Positions 19,972 to 32,102 of a DNA stretch of 64,000 nt are shown here, in pieces. Under the pieces are notes generated by a model. The model worked only from the letters and a program-made list of their open reading frames with translations. It had not been told where the DNA came from and searched no databases. The number at the start of each line of letters is the position of its first letter. Positions within the stretch are counted from its first letter, which is position 1. Source of the stretch: Candidatus Omnitrophota bacterium (GTDB lineage: Bacteria > Omnitrophota > Gorgyraeia > Zapsychrales > Zapsychraceae); contig JAJDCB010000024.1 of the NCBI GenBank assembly GCA_029261065.1, positions 12,129-76,128 of the forward strand, given 5' to 3'. Both the position numbers and the translations under genes were made by a program.

Positions 19972-21785
19972 TATTTTAAAATCTCCTTTATTTCATTTTC
20001 AATAGTCTGAGGTGAAATGGGTCTTCCTGTTGCTCGACAAACCATAGGTTCAATATCAACAAGAGTTTTTGAGCGTAAGAACATAGCTAATGGTGTTCGT
20101 TTGTACTCATCACCATAGGCCATTTCAACGGTAACGACTTTTTTGAATTTTGAAAAAATTTCTTTTAACATTAAAGGCAAAGGATACACGACGCGAAAAC
20201 ACATCCCTCCAACCTTTAGGCCTTGATCTTGACAAGAATGAACGGCCTCAGCGATAGACCCACGCGTTGTTCCCCAACCAACCACTAACAATTCGCCTTC
20301 TTCAACTCCTCCAAATAACTCTGGAGCACGTAGGGCTCGTTGGACGTGGTGCACTTTTTCGTTACGAACAGCATGAGAGCGTTGATTGGTTTTAGCAAAA
20401 TAATTAACAGATCCAGATTTGTCGGTATTTAAACCGGTGACACGTCTCATTTGACCAGGTGTGCCTGGATTGGCTTGGATATCGCGAACCATCTCAATAT
20501 TATCAGGAAGCCGGTCCATCCAGAAATGATCAAGGATGTAGTCAGGAATATCATCAACATCTTTTAGTTCGCATGTTTTTGGTTTCTCGATGACTTTATA
20601 ACTATTGGCCATAATAAAATCACTCATAATAAAAACAGGCAACCGTAATTTTTCCGTTAAGTATCTCGCGAAAGCTGGCGCGTAAAAACAATCAAGAACA
20701 TTTCCAACCCCAATGACAATTTTTGTATGATCGCCGTGAGCTCCAAAAATGGCGGCGGTTAAATCGGATTGTTCTGTTTTAGTAGGCATCCCCGTCGATG
20801 GACCGGAACGTTGCACGTCAATAATAATGATGGGGATTTCGGCAACGCCTGCATAACCAATAAATTCTTGTTTTAAGGATAACCCAGGACCTGAGGTCGC
20901 TGTGGCTGCGGGGACGCCTCCAAAATAGGATCCAAGGGCTGTTCCAATGGCTGAGATTTCATCTTCAGCTTGATGAACCATCCCTCCATATGATGGAGAC
21001 ACTTTAGCGAGGGTGTGCATGATAGACGATGCTGGTGTAATGGGATAACCGCTTAAAAGTTTAACACCGGCATCAATGAGACCTAAACTCAATGCGGTAT
21101 TACCATCAATTAAAATACGATCTTTATCATCTGAAGGTTTTCCAGCAATTTCATAAGAGTGTTGAAAATTTGTTGAGGCATGTTCATGGCCGTAATGAAA
21201 AATTTTGATGTTTTTATCATAAACTTCAGGGGCTAAACGTTTACCAAAAATCGCTGTTATTTCATCAATCATAAATTCTTCAGGCACACAATAAATAGCG
21301 CTAAGCATGCCAAGATAATACATATTGCGCCCCTTACCTCCTAAAGCCTTGATGAGCATTTGCGCTTCAGCAGAGAGTTCAAAGGGATAAACGTTAATTC
21401 CATTTTTTGAGGCTCTTTTACAAACCTGTTCATAAGAATCTTCGTTAGACGCTTTGTAGCCCATATCTAATAAAATTTTACAATCTGGACTGTATTCTTC
21501 ATCATCTAAACGGCGGTCAAGGACAATTTCATGTTGGGCAATAATAAGGTCGGTATCATTCCCTATATTTTTAAGGTCGAATTCGGCGGTACGGACAATA
21601 ACACCAGATAGGGCTGGACGGGAACGTGCAGGCGGGCTGATTTCTGCTGGAATCATAGGTTCAATAAAAACATATTTTCCCATGTGGGCAAAAGCGCGAA
21701 TCAAAATATCCCCTGCCTTCTGGGCCCCGAATCCAGCATCCATCAAGAGTTCAAATCTTGAGACCTTCAAATTTTCTTTTGACAT
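19971..21785 (-). CDS. 2-oxoacid:acceptor oxidoreductase alpha subunit (gamma-alpha fusion)
   Basis: YPITPAS, QAEDEI, TSGPGLSLK, QRSGPSTGMPTKTEQSD; substrate not determinable from sequence. Confidence 0.92.
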   Translation of the reverse strand: MSKENLKVSRFELLMDAGFGAQKAGDILIRAFAHMGKYVFIEPMIPAEISPPARSRPALSGVIVRTAEFDLKNIGNDTDLIIAQHEIVLDRRLDDEEYSPDCKILLDMGYKASNEDSYEQVCKRASKNGINVYPFELSAEAQMLIKALGGKGRNMYYLGMLSAIYCVPEEFMIDEITAIFGKRLAPEVYDKNIKIFHYGHEHASTNFQHSYEIAGKPSDDKDRILIDGNTALSLGLIDAGVKLLSGYPITPASSIMHTLAKVSPSYGGMVHQAEDEISAIGTALGSYFGGVPAATATSGPGLSLKQEFIGYAGVAEIPIIIIDVQRSGPSTGMPTKTEQSDLTAAIFGAHGDHTKIVIGVGNVLDCFYAPAFARYLTEKLRLPVFIMSDFIMANSYKVIEKPKTCELKDVDDIPDYILDHFWMDRLPDNIEMVRDIQANPGTPGQMRRVTGLNTDKSGSVNYFAKTNQRSHAVRNEKVHHVQRALRAPELFGGVEEGELLVVGWGTTRGSIAEAVHSCQDQGLKVGGMCFRVVYPLPLMLKEIFSKFKKVVTVEMAYGDEYKRTPLAMFLRSKTLVDIEPMVCRATGRPISPQTIENEIKEILK

Positions 21786-21964
21786 GATTCCTTTTTAGTA
21801 AAATGTTTTATTAAACCTAATCTTTGTCAATTTTTCAAATAGAATTTAATTTTTTGAAATAAATTTAATATATCATTTGCTTGGCTAATAGCAACGATAT
21901 TCTACTTTATTTTAGTAATCTTTTTTTTATAAAAATTATATATTTTATATAGAAAAAATGAAGT

Positions 21965-23059
21965 TTAGGAGAGTGTGGGTCTTAAATCTTTAAGATCTTT
22001 CATGGAGAGCTCTGAGGGATTTTTTTCTGTTGCAGGGTAGTTGATTTTTGATGCAGCATCAATAAGTTGATTTAAATCTTGTGACGATTCAATATCAAAA
22101 CCAGCTTCTTTGATCATGCGAAGTGTTTTTAAGGTGTGCGATCCTTTTGTATTTAGATAACCATCAAGGAATAATGAGTTAGCTGGATACAAAGATAATA
22201 CCTCTAAATCTTTTAAGTGATATTCTCGACCAGCAGCAACACGAATTTCAGCTTTAGGATTTAAGAAACGAAATAAAGATAAGACTCGTAAACAAAAATC
22301 TGGAGTTAAAGGAGTTTGTTTTTTTATCGTGTTACCTTCAATGGGAATAAAAAAGTTTACAGGAATGGATGCCACTTGCATTTCATTTAACGTGTAGGCA
22401 ACATCGATAATGTCTTTAAGCGATTCATTCATGCCAACGATAATTCCCGAACATAAAGATATACCTTCTGTGCGAGCGGCTTTTAAAGTATTTAAACGAT
22501 CTTCGTAAGTGTGCGTTGTACAAATTTCAGGGTAATGTTTTTCAGAAGTATTTAAATTATGATTAAGCCGATCAAGCCCCGCTTCTTTTAACACCTTTGC
22601 TTTCATCTGATCTATTAGTCCTGCTGAGACACAAATTTCAAGTGGATATTGCGATTTTATTTTTTGAATTAATTGCGCCAGATGTTCAACGCGTTTCATC
22701 GAAGGCCCTCTTCCTCCAAAAACCATACAATAACGATGCGCCCCTTTTTCATATGCATTTTTAGCCTCAGCCAATATTTCTGATTCACTCTTTATAGGGT
22801 ACTCTTCAATTTTTGAATCGGACGTTTTCGCCTGGGCACAATAGTGGCAATCTTCGGGACAAAAGCCATTTTGGGCATTATTAATGATATGAATAGTGAC
22901 CGTTTTGCCACAATATTTTTTCCTAACATCATATGCTGCATGGATTAATGATAATAGTTCAATGTCCTTTGATTGCAAAATGTCAAGGGCTAGGCTTTTC
23001 TCAATGGTTTGAGAGTTTATCGCTTTATCAGTAAGATCTGTGTAATAGGATCGATTCAT
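21965..23059 (-). CDS. bioB: Biotin synthase
   Basis: CPEDCHYCAQ radical SAM motif, NHNLNTS, IPVNF, RVAAGRE, ANSLF. Confidence 0.95.
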   Translation of the reverse strand: MNRSYYTDLTDKAINSQTIEKSLALDILQSKDIELLSLIHAAYDVRKKYCGKTVTIHIINNAQNGFCPEDCHYCAQAKTSDSKIEEYPIKSESEILAEAKNAYEKGAHRYCMVFGGRGPSMKRVEHLAQLIQKIKSQYPLEICVSAGLIDQMKAKVLKEAGLDRLNHNLNTSEKHYPEICTTHTYEDRLNTLKAARTEGISLCSGIIVGMNESLKDIIDVAYTLNEMQVASIPVNFFIPIEGNTIKKQTPLTPDFCLRVLSLFRFLNPKAEIRVAAGREYHLKDLEVLSLYPANSLFLDGYLNTKGSHTLKTLRMIKEAGFDIESSQDLNQLIDAASKINYPATEKNPSELSMKDLKDLRPTLS

Positions 23060-23272
23060 AATAAGTCCATTATTTGCTATTATTTAGGTGTTTTTTCTAC
23101 GGCCCGTCTAGGGTTGTCTCTCCGTAAAATGTATGCTATTCTATTATAAATAAGCTTGTTTTGCAAACTCTTCTAGAAAAAAACAAATTCCAAAGTTTAT
23201 GAAAAATATCTTGAATTCTTAAAGCAGCGCTTTAATATATATTTGAGATATAAATTTAAAGAGAATATTATT

Positions 23273-25117
23273 ATGGTTGTCAAAATTCACTCCTTTCATA
23301 TCCCTGTTATGGGTTCGGCTTTCTCTATTGATACGCCGATCAAGGTAGCTCAATACGGTATATCCTCTGTTATTTCTTTAGTGGATGATGCTCTTATTGA
23401 ACAAATGCGCCAACATTATGCCAAAATGGTCGGTGAAGAGTATACGCCCATTACGAAATATGATGAAGATTTTCGAGCGCAACGCATTAAAGAATATCTG
23501 AATCTAGTTCATCGCATCGTTAAACAAAAGTTTGAAAAAGTCAAAAATTCTTCCTTTGAAACGGGTAGCGAAATTGTTAAATATTTTGAATCTCTGCCTG
23601 AAAATTCTATTCTTAAAGCACAATATTTAAAAATGTTAGACGTAACTGATCCAAAATTGAAAGCGGTCTTACAAGAAAGACTTCGTAACGAAATGCAGCC
23701 AGGTAGTATTGATGTTAATATTATGACAAAACTGGATAAAACGAATTATGCAAAGGATCGAACAGAACTTCCTTCTGAGTATTCAGATGCCCTTGCGGCT
23801 CTTCGCGGTTATGCGGAAAGTTCTCTGGATTCGGCGATAGTTTTCTCCGCGGGTATTAACCGTCGTCTTTATAGTTATGTTGAAAAATTTAAAGATTTTT
23901 ATGCCGATGCCACAGGTCATATCAAGAAAAAAATTATATTAAAGGTAAGTGATTATCGGTCCTCTTATATTCAAGGTCGATTTTTCGCTAAAAAGGGTTT
24001 GTGGGTCTCTGAATACCGTATTGAATCAGGTCTTAATTGTGGAGGCCATGCCTTCGCCTCTGATGGTTATCTTATGGGGCCGATGTTAGATGAATTTAGA
24101 CGACGCAAAGACGAATTATGTACAACTCTTTACAAAATTTATAATGATGCTTTAAAAGCTAAGAATAAAGACACTTTTGATCAACCTCATGCTTTAAAGG
24201 TTACGGCTCAGGGTGGTATTGGGACGGCCAAAGAAAATAACTTCTTAATGAATTATTTTCAAATTGATGGTACAGGCTGGGCGACACCCTTTTTACTTGT
24301 TCCTGAGGTTACTAATGTCGATGGGCCGACACTTGAAAAATTATCCGAAGCCACTCAAAAAGAATTGTATTTAAGTGATGTCTCCCCTTTAGGAGTGCCT
24401 TTTAATAACATAAAAGGAAGTTTTAGTGATACCGAAAAAGAACGTAAAGCTACGACAGACAAGCCTGGTAGTCCTTGTCCAAAAGGGCATTTGATTTCTA
24501 ATACAGAGTTTACAAAAATACCTATCTGTACGGCTTCAAGGCAATATCAGAAACTAAAATTTGATCAACTCAAAGCCATGAATTTATCAAAGGCTGCTTT
24601 TGATGAGAAATATACGCAGATGACAAAAAAGGCCTGTATTTGTAATGACTTGGGTGAGGCGGCTTTAATCAAAAACGATATTGATCAAAAACCAAATATC
24701 AAACGGTTTTCAGCAATATGCCCTGGTCCAAATTTAGCTTATTTTACGAAAGTGACTTCTTTTAGTGAGATGGTGAGTCATATCTATGGTCGAATGAATC
24801 TATTGAATAATACCTATCGACCCAATATGTTTATTAATGAATTAAAGATGTATATCGATTATTTTAAAAAGGAAGTTCAAAAAATAGCTATTGAGCCAAC
24901 AGAAAAACAAGTTAAGTATTTAAATGAATTTAAAATAAATATGTTAGAGGGTATTGATTTTTATAAAGAGTTTTTTCCAAGGATGGTAGAGGAAACTCAA
25001 GACTATCGTAATCGGGCGTTAACAGAACTGAACAGCTATAAAAAGAAACTAGAAGAGTTTCTTTCCGAACACTCCAACATCTTCTCAAACTCTCTTCCAC
25101 CGATGCTCGTTGTGTAA
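23273..25117 (+). CDS. Conserved hypothetical protein; probable FMN TIM-barrel of the nitronate monooxygenase/FabK/FabX superfamily with Cys-rich C-terminus (start re-called at ATG 23273)
   Basis: Ordered motifs IPVMG, VNIM, FSAG, ESGLNCGGH, TAQGGIG, GWATPFL, SPLGVP, CP..C..CICNDL, CPGPN align by eye to NMO/FabX-type enzymes. Confidence 0.65.
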   Translation: MVVKIHSFHIPVMGSAFSIDTPIKVAQYGISSVISLVDDALIEQMRQHYAKMVGEEYTPITKYDEDFRAQRIKEYLNLVHRIVKQKFEKVKNSSFETGSEIVKYFESLPENSILKAQYLKMLDVTDPKLKAVLQERLRNEMQPGSIDVNIMTKLDKTNYAKDRTELPSEYSDALAALRGYAESSLDSAIVFSAGINRRLYSYVEKFKDFYADATGHIKKKIILKVSDYRSSYIQGRFFAKKGLWVSEYRIESGLNCGGHAFASDGYLMGPMLDEFRRRKDELCTTLYKIYNDALKAKNKDTFDQPHALKVTAQGGIGTAKENNFLMNYFQIDGTGWATPFLLVPEVTNVDGPTLEKLSEATQKELYLSDVSPLGVPFNNIKGSFSDTEKERKATTDKPGSPCPKGHLISNTEFTKIPICTASRQYQKLKFDQLKAMNLSKAAFDEKYTQMTKKACICNDLGEAALIKNDIDQKPNIKRFSAICPGPNLAYFTKVTSFSEMVSHIYGRMNLLNNTYRPNMFINELKMYIDYFKKEVQKIAIEPTEKQVKYLNEFKINMLEGIDFYKEFFPRMVEETQDYRNRALTELNSYKKKLEEFLSEHSNIFSNSLPPMLVV

Positions 25118-25130
25118 TTCCATTCAAACG

Positions 25131-26957
<1,827 letters not shown>

Positions 26958-26959
26958 TC

Positions 26960-26988
26960 ATTATAAGGGTAATAAGGTGATACATCAA
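26960..26988 (-). promoter_or_regulatory. sigma70-type promoter of thiC
   Basis: TTGATG-17 bp-TATAAT about 45 nt upstream of the ATG. Confidence 0.6.
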
Positions 26989-27001
26989 GTGATTGGAAAA
27001 C

Positions 27002-27880
27002 TTAAAGTTTCTTATGAAGTGCATTTTCTAATATCGGGGTTGATTGAATGTGTAGATCTCTTTGTGGAAATGGAATGGTAATCTTCTCGTCTCTGAAGGC
27101 ATCATCTATTTTGTAATTCATATCACTACGAATTGAATCTTGCTTTTTAGGGTCTCGAATCCAAAAGAGCAGTTCAAAATTAAGTGAAGAATCCCCAAAT
27201 TCTTCAAATCGAACATCAGGAGCTGGCGTTTTTAACACATTGGGGTGCCCCTGGGCCACCTTTAATAATGACTGTTTAACTTTTGGGATATCAGATCCAT
27301 AGGCAACGCCTACTGGACAATGGATTCGAATTTTCTGATCTTCAATAGACCAATTTGTGACTTGATTTTCAATTAACTGAGAATTAGGAACAATGATGGC
27401 AACATTATCAAGGGTCATCACAATCGTTGATCTCATTTTTACATGAATGACGGTACCAATTTGTCCGCCTACATCAATAAAATCTCCTACAGAAATAGGT
27501 CTTTCAATCAGTAATATTAATCCTGAGATAAAATTGGATGTTATATTCTGTAGACCAAATCCAATCCCAACACTTAAAAACCCAAATATAAAAGCTAAAC
27601 TTCCTAAATTAAGTCCTATCGCTTGAACGGCGATCATGACAGCTGTTACCAAAATACCATAATGAATAAAGCGTTGAATAGCATAGCTCATGCCCTTATC
27701 CAGCTTGAACCTATTATCCATTTGGATGCCGACAGCTTTTTGAACAATTTTGGAAATAAAGATAGCAAAAATTACAATAAAACAAGATGTAATTATGCCA
27801 CTGACAGTGACAGGAGATTCACCAATGTGGATAAACGGCGTATTGATCCAATCGATGACACTTTGAAAGGTGATATCCAT
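27002..27880 (-). CDS. MscS family mechanosensitive channel
   Basis: GIGFGLQNITSNFISG, ERPISVGD, IVPNS, VGVAYGSD, IPFPQRD. Confidence 0.95.
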   Translation of the reverse strand: MDITFQSVIDWINTPFIHIGESPVTVSGIITSCFIVIFAIFISKIVQKAVGIQMDNRFKLDKGMSYAIQRFIHYGILVTAVMIAVQAIGLNLGSLAFIFGFLSVGIGFGLQNITSNFISGLILLIERPISVGDFIDVGGQIGTVIHVKMRSTIVMTLDNVAIIVPNSQLIENQVTNWSIEDQKIRIHCPVGVAYGSDIPKVKQSLLKVAQGHPNVLKTPAPDVRFEEFGDSSLNFELLFWIRDPKKQDSIRSDMNYKIDDAFRDEKITIPFPQRDLHIQSTPILENALHKKL

Positions 27881-27905
27881 AATAAATGGGCGAGGTGTTT
27901 TTTAA

Positions 27906-28271
27906 TTAACTAAAAGATGTTCCGCATCCACAGCTATTTTGTGCATTTGGATTTTTGTACTGAAAGCCACTTGCTTTTAAGGTATCCAGATAATCGATTT
28001 TTAGTCCTTTTAAAAAAGCAATGCTTTCGGGATTTACTAAGATTTTAATATCAGTATGTTCAATGATAATATCATTATCATAAGGTTTTTTCTGGAATCG
28101 TAAATCATAAGATAATCCAGCACAGCCGCCCGTAACAACAGCCACCCTAAGCGAATAGCCCACCTTATCTTCTTTGGCCATCATAGATTTAATCTTCGCC
28201 ACAGCGGAATCTGTTAAGACAATATTTGGATTTTCTACTTGATTTTTATTTTCTTGTTTTTCTTCTGACAT
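27906..28271 (-). CDS. A-type Fe-S carrier (IscA/HesB family), start re-called at 28271
   Basis: GGCAGLSY and NSCGCGTSF motifs. Confidence 0.92.
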   Translation of the reverse strand: MSEEKQENKNQVENPNIVLTDSAVAKIKSMMAKEDKVGYSLRVAVVTGGCAGLSYDLRFQKKPYDNDIIIEHTDIKILVNPESIAFLKGLKIDYLDTLKASGFQYKNPNAQNSCGCGTSFS

Positions 28272-28342
28272 AGTTAAAATATAACACACCCTATAAATAA
28301 GTCAATTATAAACTTATTTATAGTATTTTCTTAATTTTTTTT

Positions 28343-29770
28343 CTAACGCAAATTAACAGTTTGACCATCCGCAATACTTCCAACAACAAAAGGACCAAAG
28401 TTTAATCTTGCGGATTGGCCGTCTGCTGTGACATCAATGCTAATATCAAAACTCGTGCCATTAGCTGTTCCGGCAGGTATATCTAGATCCATATCTGAAG
28501 CGTTATCGGTTTGTGTGGTTCCTCCTGGTGGGGCATTGCTAAGAGTTGCATCTGTATTATGCGTAAAACTCCAGCCATTGGATACCTGCGCATTGCTATA
28601 GCTTATACCCGTGGAGGTGACTGTTCCTAAATTTACTAAAAGAAAATCGATCTCAAAACCATCCCCTGCTTGTACGAAACCATCACCATTGACATCCAGA
28701 CAACCAGAACAATTCACCCCTGGAAAACGTGTGGCGAGTTGAATATTAGTTAAGTTGCCTAAAACATTTTTACTATCTGAACTTTTCTCAACAACAATAT
28801 TAAAATTTCTTTCAACACGATCCAATAAGAGATCTTTTAAATCAATTTTTGGATAAGCTGTTTTTGAAAATTTGATCTCTTCGAGAATATCAGCAGGTTT
28901 CAAACTATTAATAGCAAATTTAAATCGCGCATCAACGCGATAATTCGTTTCTGCTAATTCATTATTAAAGGCTTGAAGGTTGATTGTAAATATATCTTTG
29001 GCTGATATTTCGGCTCGATGTGTCCAAGTTCTTAAATCCTCTGAATTTTTAAAATAATATCGTGTAAACCCTTCATATAATTTCAACCATGGTGCGTAAG
29101 GAACCCTCCCCCCAAGCTCAAGATCGAAACCATCAGCAGCCTCTTCATAGAAATTATTAAAAAACGTTTTTTTAACTAACTTTCTTCCAGAGTGGGCATT
29201 ATAAAGATTAAGGCGTCCTTCAATATTGTCACTTAACACCTCAAATCCAAGGCCTGTACGATAATGTATATTTAGGGATTGATAGTCAAAAAATCCATTA
29301 ATACCAAGGATCCATTCTTCATCCATGACAAGTCGTCGATAGCCAAGACCAACACTTCCCTTAAACTCACCATCGCCCTCACTAGAAACACGATCATGTG
29401 TAAATACGGTATGCCTTTTGTCAGTTGACTGATATATCGGCAGGACGGTTTCTATATAGTATTGCGGATGAGGGTTCACGGTATCATCATAGATAAGACC
29501 AAAATCGACATGCTTGAGAATTAAATCCAACCACTCTTCAGGATCGTCTGGTCTATATTTTTGTGTTGTATCCTCTTCATCGACATAGATCGGCTCTAAT
29601 TCTAAATATAACTGCTTGGCTTCATATTTTTCTATTTCATCAAGCTCATTGTTTATGATGTTATGACGTCGTTTTTGATATCTTTGATTGAATTCCGCTG
29701 AAGAGAAGGAATATTCGAAGAGAAATATACTAAAGATGATAATAATAGCGCAGTTTAATTTAGTTTGCAT
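28343..29770 (-). CDS. Inverse autotransporter (intimin/invasin-type beta barrel) with short passenger
   Basis: Signal peptide; GLGYRR, ILGINGFFDY, GFDLELGGRVPY, DRVERNFNIVVEK barrel-end motif; C-terminal roughly 140 aa T/G/N-rich domain. Confidence 0.75.
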   Translation of the reverse strand: MQTKLNCAIIIIFSIFLFEYSFSSAEFNQRYQKRRHNIINNELDEIEKYEAKQLYLELEPIYVDEEDTTQKYRPDDPEEWLDLILKHVDFGLIYDDTVNPHPQYYIETVLPIYQSTDKRHTVFTHDRVSSEGDGEFKGSVGLGYRRLVMDEEWILGINGFFDYQSLNIHYRTGLGFEVLSDNIEGRLNLYNAHSGRKLVKKTFFNNFYEEAADGFDLELGGRVPYAPWLKLYEGFTRYYFKNSEDLRTWTHRAEISAKDIFTINLQAFNNELAETNYRVDARFKFAINSLKPADILEEIKFSKTAYPKIDLKDLLLDRVERNFNIVVEKSSDSKNVLGNLTNIQLATRFPGVNCSGCLDVNGDGFVQAGDGFEIDFLLVNLGTVTSTGISYSNAQVSNGWSFTHNTDATLSNAPPGGTTQTDNASDMDLDIPAGTANGTSFDISIDVTADGQSARLNFGPFVVGSIADGQTVNLR

Positions 29771-29863
29771 TGATTTAAATATATGGGAATGGCAGGCTCA
29801 ATACAAACATTATTTCGGATATTTATATATTAGGGAAAGAAAGAATCATAAGAATAAATGACG

Positions 29864-30976
29864 TTATCCTTTTGATATCGAGTTTTTTGCCTTCTCTCGG
29901 CCATAAGAAGTCAACATCAACTTATCACCCTGCTTTTTGATTAAACCTTCTTGAATGCTTTGGGCAATAACTTCTGAAGTATATTGTTTGGACCAGGACA
30001 TATGATCCTCCATATGACCAGTGATAAGTTCGGTGGCTTCAGCATGGGACCACTCGGCTTGTAATAAATGGACAGAGAGCGTTGATGCGCCAAAATCCCA
30101 ACGTGTCCATTTTTTTACAATGAATTTGGCTAATAAGCCATTTTCAGGAGCAAAGATGAGAATGATGAAAAATATAACACCAGAAACAGTTGCCATAGAA
30201 CCAGCAATGTTTGCATCAAATATTTGTGCTGTAAAGTAACCTCCGATGGCAGAAATAACTCCTAAGCCTGCACTAATAAAAAGCATGTGTGAAAGGCGGT
30301 TCGTTAAAAGATAGGCTGATGAGGGTGGTACGATCATTAAAGCAACAACAAGAATGGAGCCTACGGATTCAAAGGCACCAACAGCCGTAATGCTAACTAA
30401 CGTCATTAATCCATAATGAATGACAGCAGGAAATAAACCAAGCGATGCTGCTAAGCCAACATCAAAAGTAGCAATCTTTAATTCTTTGTAGAAGAGTGAA
30501 ATAAAAATTATGTTAAGGGCCAATATTCCAGCCATAATCCACATACTTTGTGGGCCAATATCAACGCCTCCAACAATAAGTCGGTTAAACGGGGTGAATG
30601 CTATTTCACCAAATAAAACACAATCCGCATCAATATGGACGGTGTTCGCAAATTGATTAATCAGAATGACACCAATGGAAAACAATAAGGGAAACACAAT
30701 TCCAATCGCTGCATCCTTTTTTAGTTTACGTGTTTTTATAATAAGTTCTGTGAGTGTTACGGTTAACAATCCTGTTATGGTCGCGCCTACAATGAGTAAA
30801 GGTGAAGATAGGTTTTTTGTTACAAAAAAAGCAAGTACAATACCTAACAAAATGGCATGGCTAATGGCATCGCTCATTAATGCAACGCGCCTGAGCACAA
30901 GAAACACGCCAGGCAACGCGCAGGCGACTGCCGTTAAACTTGCTAAAATCATGATTTCAACTTGTGGACTGATCAT
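29864..30976 (-). CDS. Mn/Zn ABC transporter permease (TroD/MntD-like), start re-called at 30976
   Basis: DAISHAILLGI, AFESVGSILVVAL; C-terminal winged-helix-like tail LMLTSYGREKA. Confidence 0.9.
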   Translation of the reverse strand: MISPQVEIMILASLTAVACALPGVFLVLRRVALMSDAISHAILLGIVLAFFVTKNLSSPLLIVGATITGLLTVTLTELIIKTRKLKKDAAIGIVFPLLFSIGVILINQFANTVHIDADCVLFGEIAFTPFNRLIVGGVDIGPQSMWIMAGILALNIIFISLFYKELKIATFDVGLAASLGLFPAVIHYGLMTLVSITAVGAFESVGSILVVALMIVPPSSAYLLTNRLSHMLFISAGLGVISAIGGYFTAQIFDANIAGSMATVSGVIFFIILIFAPENGLLAKFIVKKWTRWDFGASTLSVHLLQAEWSHAEATELITGHMEDHMSWSKQYTSEVIAQSIQEGLIKKQGDKLMLTSYGREKAKNSISKG

Positions 30977-32102
30977 ATATTTTATCCTCAAATTCTCGTG
31001 TAAGTCTTTTGGCCATACGTAATCCTTCAGGTGTTAAAGCCCAACGCCTATCTGCAAATTGCTGAGCCATCCCCTTTTTTGAAAGTTCCATCATTGTTTT
31101 ATTGATGGCCCCCCTTCCTATCGCATCAAGTGCTGCAATATCGTGCGGATGAAAAGGGTCTGTATTAATTTCAGAAAATAACATTAAATTCTTTAACATT
31201 GATGTGAGACGGATATTTTTTCGATGTTTCTGCATGCGGACATAATCCGATAAGATACCTCTGTTGGGTGCTAGAAATAATGAAAACATAACAATAAGGC
31301 TAACAAAAACTACAATAGTTGGTCCTGTTGGTAAATTAGGAATAAGGCTGCTGGTGAGAGCGCCTGCCATTCCTGAAAGAGCTCCAAATGTTGCCGATAA
31401 TAACACCATGATACTTAATTTGTCTGTCCATTGGCGGGCGGCAGCAGCGGGAGCCACAAGCATAGCACTCATTAAGACAACACCAACCGTTTGTAATCCA
31501 ATCACAATGGTAACAACAATAAGCGTTGTCAGAATAATGTCTAACCAATTGATCCGATAGCCAATACTTTGAGCAAAATCTTTATCAAAAACAATAATTT
31601 TAAATTCTTTCCATAATAAAAAAAGCACGACAAAAACTATCGCGCTTAGAATCATCATCGTGTGTAAATCTTCTTTTAATAGGGTTGCGGCATTGCCAAA
31701 TAAAAATTTATCTAACCCCGCCTTAGAAGCAGAAGGTAGCCGTTGAATCATGGTCAGTAACATCAAACCAAATCCAAAAAATACAGACAGAATGATGCCT
31801 AGTGCAGCATCTTTTTTGATGCGTGAGTGATGAGTGATGAGCATGACTAAAAGTGTACCAATCCAACCAGCAATTCCTGCTCCAATGAGTAATATTAAAG
31901 GGGCTTTGCTTTGCGTTATGATAAAGGCTAAACATACGCCTGGTAATGTGGCGTGGCTTATCGCATCACCTAGTAAACTTTGTTTACGTAATACGGCAAA
32001 GGCGCCTAAGCTTCCAGCGGAGATTCCAATTGTGAGGGATCCTAATAAAACAACTTGTAAGGTGTAATCACTAAATATTTGATGTATGAAGGAAAAATTC
32101 AC
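30957..32102 (-). CDS. Mn/Zn ABC transporter permease (TroC/MntC-like) with DtxR-like C-terminal tail
   Basis: SLLGDAISHATLPG, GLQTVGVVLM, PTGP; tail WALTPEGLRMAKRL. Confidence 0.9.
   Translation of the reverse strand: MNFSFIHQIFSDYTLQVVLLGSLTIGISAGSLGAFAVLRKQSLLGDAISHATLPGVCLAFIITQSKAPLILLIGAGIAGWIGTLLVMLITHHSRIKKDAALGIILSVFFGFGLMLLTMIQRLPSASKAGLDKFLFGNAATLLKEDLHTMMILSAIVFVVLFLLWKEFKIIVFDKDFAQSIGYRINWLDIILTTLIVVTIVIGLQTVGVVLMSAMLVAPAAAARQWTDKLSIMVLLSATFGALSGMAGALTSSLIPNLPTGPTIVVFVSLIVMFSLFLAPNRGILSDYVRMQKHRKNIRLTSMLKNLMLFSEINTDPFHPHDIAALDAIGRGAINKTMMELSKKGMAQQFADRRWALTPEGLRMAKRLTREFEDKIYDQSTS

Noticed and set aside
23060-23242. BirA operator or glycine/SAM riboswitch upstream of bioB
   Set aside because: No properly spaced TGTAAAC/GTTTACA pair; GGAGAGA is present but the rest of the aptamer is absent.
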